Shown: in pieces, positions 7,025 through 7,994 of the stretch
Position numbering within the stretch: position 1 is the stretch's first letter
Layout of the letters: each line of letters starts with the position of its first letter
Source: Octopus sinensis
Lineage: Eukaryota
Assembly: GCF_006345805.1 (NCBI RefSeq)
Contig: NW_021828630.1
Span: 1-7,994, forward strand
Direction: 5' to 3'
DNA: 7,994 bases
Program-made: the position numbers and the translations under genes
The notes under the pieces: model-generated
Databases searched by the model: none
Seen by the model: the letters and a program-made list of their open reading frames with translations, nothing else
What the model was told of the DNA's origin: nothing

Positions 7025-7543
7025 CTCCGCCGAGGTCGACTTTGCCTTTCATCCTTTCGGGGTCGATTAAACAAGTACCAGTTACGCACTGGCGTCGATA
7101 TAATCGACTTAATCCGTTTGTCTGTCCTTGTTTGTCCTCTCTGTGTTTAGCCCCTTGTGGGAAGTAAAGAAATAGGTATTTCGTCTGTCTTAACGTTCTG
7201 AGTTCAAATTCCGCTGAGGTCGACTTTGCCTTTCATTCCTTTCGGGGTCGATAAATTAAGTACCAGTTACGCACTGGGGTCGATAAATCGACTTAATCCG
7301 TTTGTCTGTCCTTGTTTGTCCTCTCTGTGTTTAGCCCCCTGTGGGTAGTAAAGAAATAGGTATTTCGTCTGTCTTAACGTTCTGAGTTCAAATTCCGCTG
7401 AGGTCGACTTTGCCTTTCATCCTTCGGGGTCGATAAATTACGTACCAGTTACGCACTGGAGTCGATATAATCGACTTAATCCGTGTGTCCGTCCTTATTT
7501 GTCCTCTCTGTGTTAAGCCCGCTGTGGGTAGTAAAGAAATAGG
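6997..7543 (+). mobile_element. Head-to-tail trimer of 5'-truncated family-C SINE units (6997-7176, 7177-7360, 7361-7543)
   Basis: Three units of 180, 184 and 183 bp, each starting TATTTCG, keeping the B-box (GAGTTCAAA), lacking the A-box and ending GTAAAGAAATAGG. Homologous to the inverted full-length copy at 5642-5878. Confidence 0.95.
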
Positions 7544-7544
7544 C

Positions 7545-7620
7545 ATGATAATTAACAAAAAATAGTCACAATTAGTATTATTATATATTCACTATTTCGG
7601 CTTTACGATCTGAGTTCAAA
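7545..7620 (+). repeat. 76-bp direct repeat, right copy
   Basis: 74/76 identical to 6949-7024. Confidence 0.95.
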
Positions 7621-7751
7621 TAGTGCCGAAGACAACTCTGTCTTTCATGTCTCGGGTTCGATAAAATAAGTACCAGGTGCGCACTGAGGTCAACCTAATC
7701 GATTAACCTTCGGCTCCAAAGTTACTAGATTTGGGTCCAGATTTGAAACCA
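7593..7751 (+). mobile_element. Old, diverged, 5'-truncated family-C-related SINE with a different 3' tail
   Basis: Colinear with the array units (CTGAGTTCAAA, CTTTCAT, TCGATAAAATAAGTACCAG, GCACTG, TAATCGA) but heavily substituted. After about 7705 the tail is unrelated to the young units. The right boundary is approximate. Confidence 0.8.
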
Positions 7752-7947
7752 TCCTGCATTTACTGTGGTGAGATGAGGCAGAGTGCAAGTGGTCCGTCCA
7801 TTCCTTACCTAAGGATTACGAGAACAAATTTTAGTCCAAGATCGTGAATACATTTAAGGAGATGAATGTCTCAACCTCTCATTTCTGGTGCAACTTTATA
7901 AACATTTTTCTTATATCTATTTACATAAATATATAAATATGTGTGTA

Positions 7948-7987
<40 letters not shown>
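7948..7987. repeat. (TATC)10 microsatellite grading into TACC at the window end
   Basis: Read directly. Confidence 0.97.
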
Positions 7988-7989
<2 letters not shown>

Positions 7990-7994
7990 CCTAC

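Noticed and set aside
6997-7543. Tandem repeats with palindromic GTCGAC motifs as a CRISPR-like array
   Set aside because: Units are about 183 bp, contiguous, have no unique spacers and match a dispersed SINE. No cas genes, and the context is eukaryotic.

Overview
AT-rich, repeat-dense eukaryotic non-coding DNA (intergenic or intronic). No host protein-coding gene, structural RNA gene or prokaryotic feature can be supported, and nearly all ORFs in the supplied track are microsatellite translations. The window holds copies of three tRNA-derived SINE families (labelled A, B, C here), which I recognise from memory as octopus/coleoid cephalopod repeats; the taxon is an inference. It also holds many microsatellites (TATC, CA, TA, CAA) and a frameshifted Penelope-like retroelement relic (2104-2470) whose most recognisable part has no ATG and is missing from the ORF track. 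The most unusual structures are: (1) a head-to-tail trimer of young family-C SINEs joined in register onto an older family-C copy and bracketed by a 76-bp direct duplication (6949-7751); (2) a 9-bp hairpin in family A supported by compensatory base changes between two copies that also carry different 3' tails; (3) an inverted pair for each of the three SINE families. I do not see a convincing new gene system. The novelty here is in retroelement mechanics and RNA structure.
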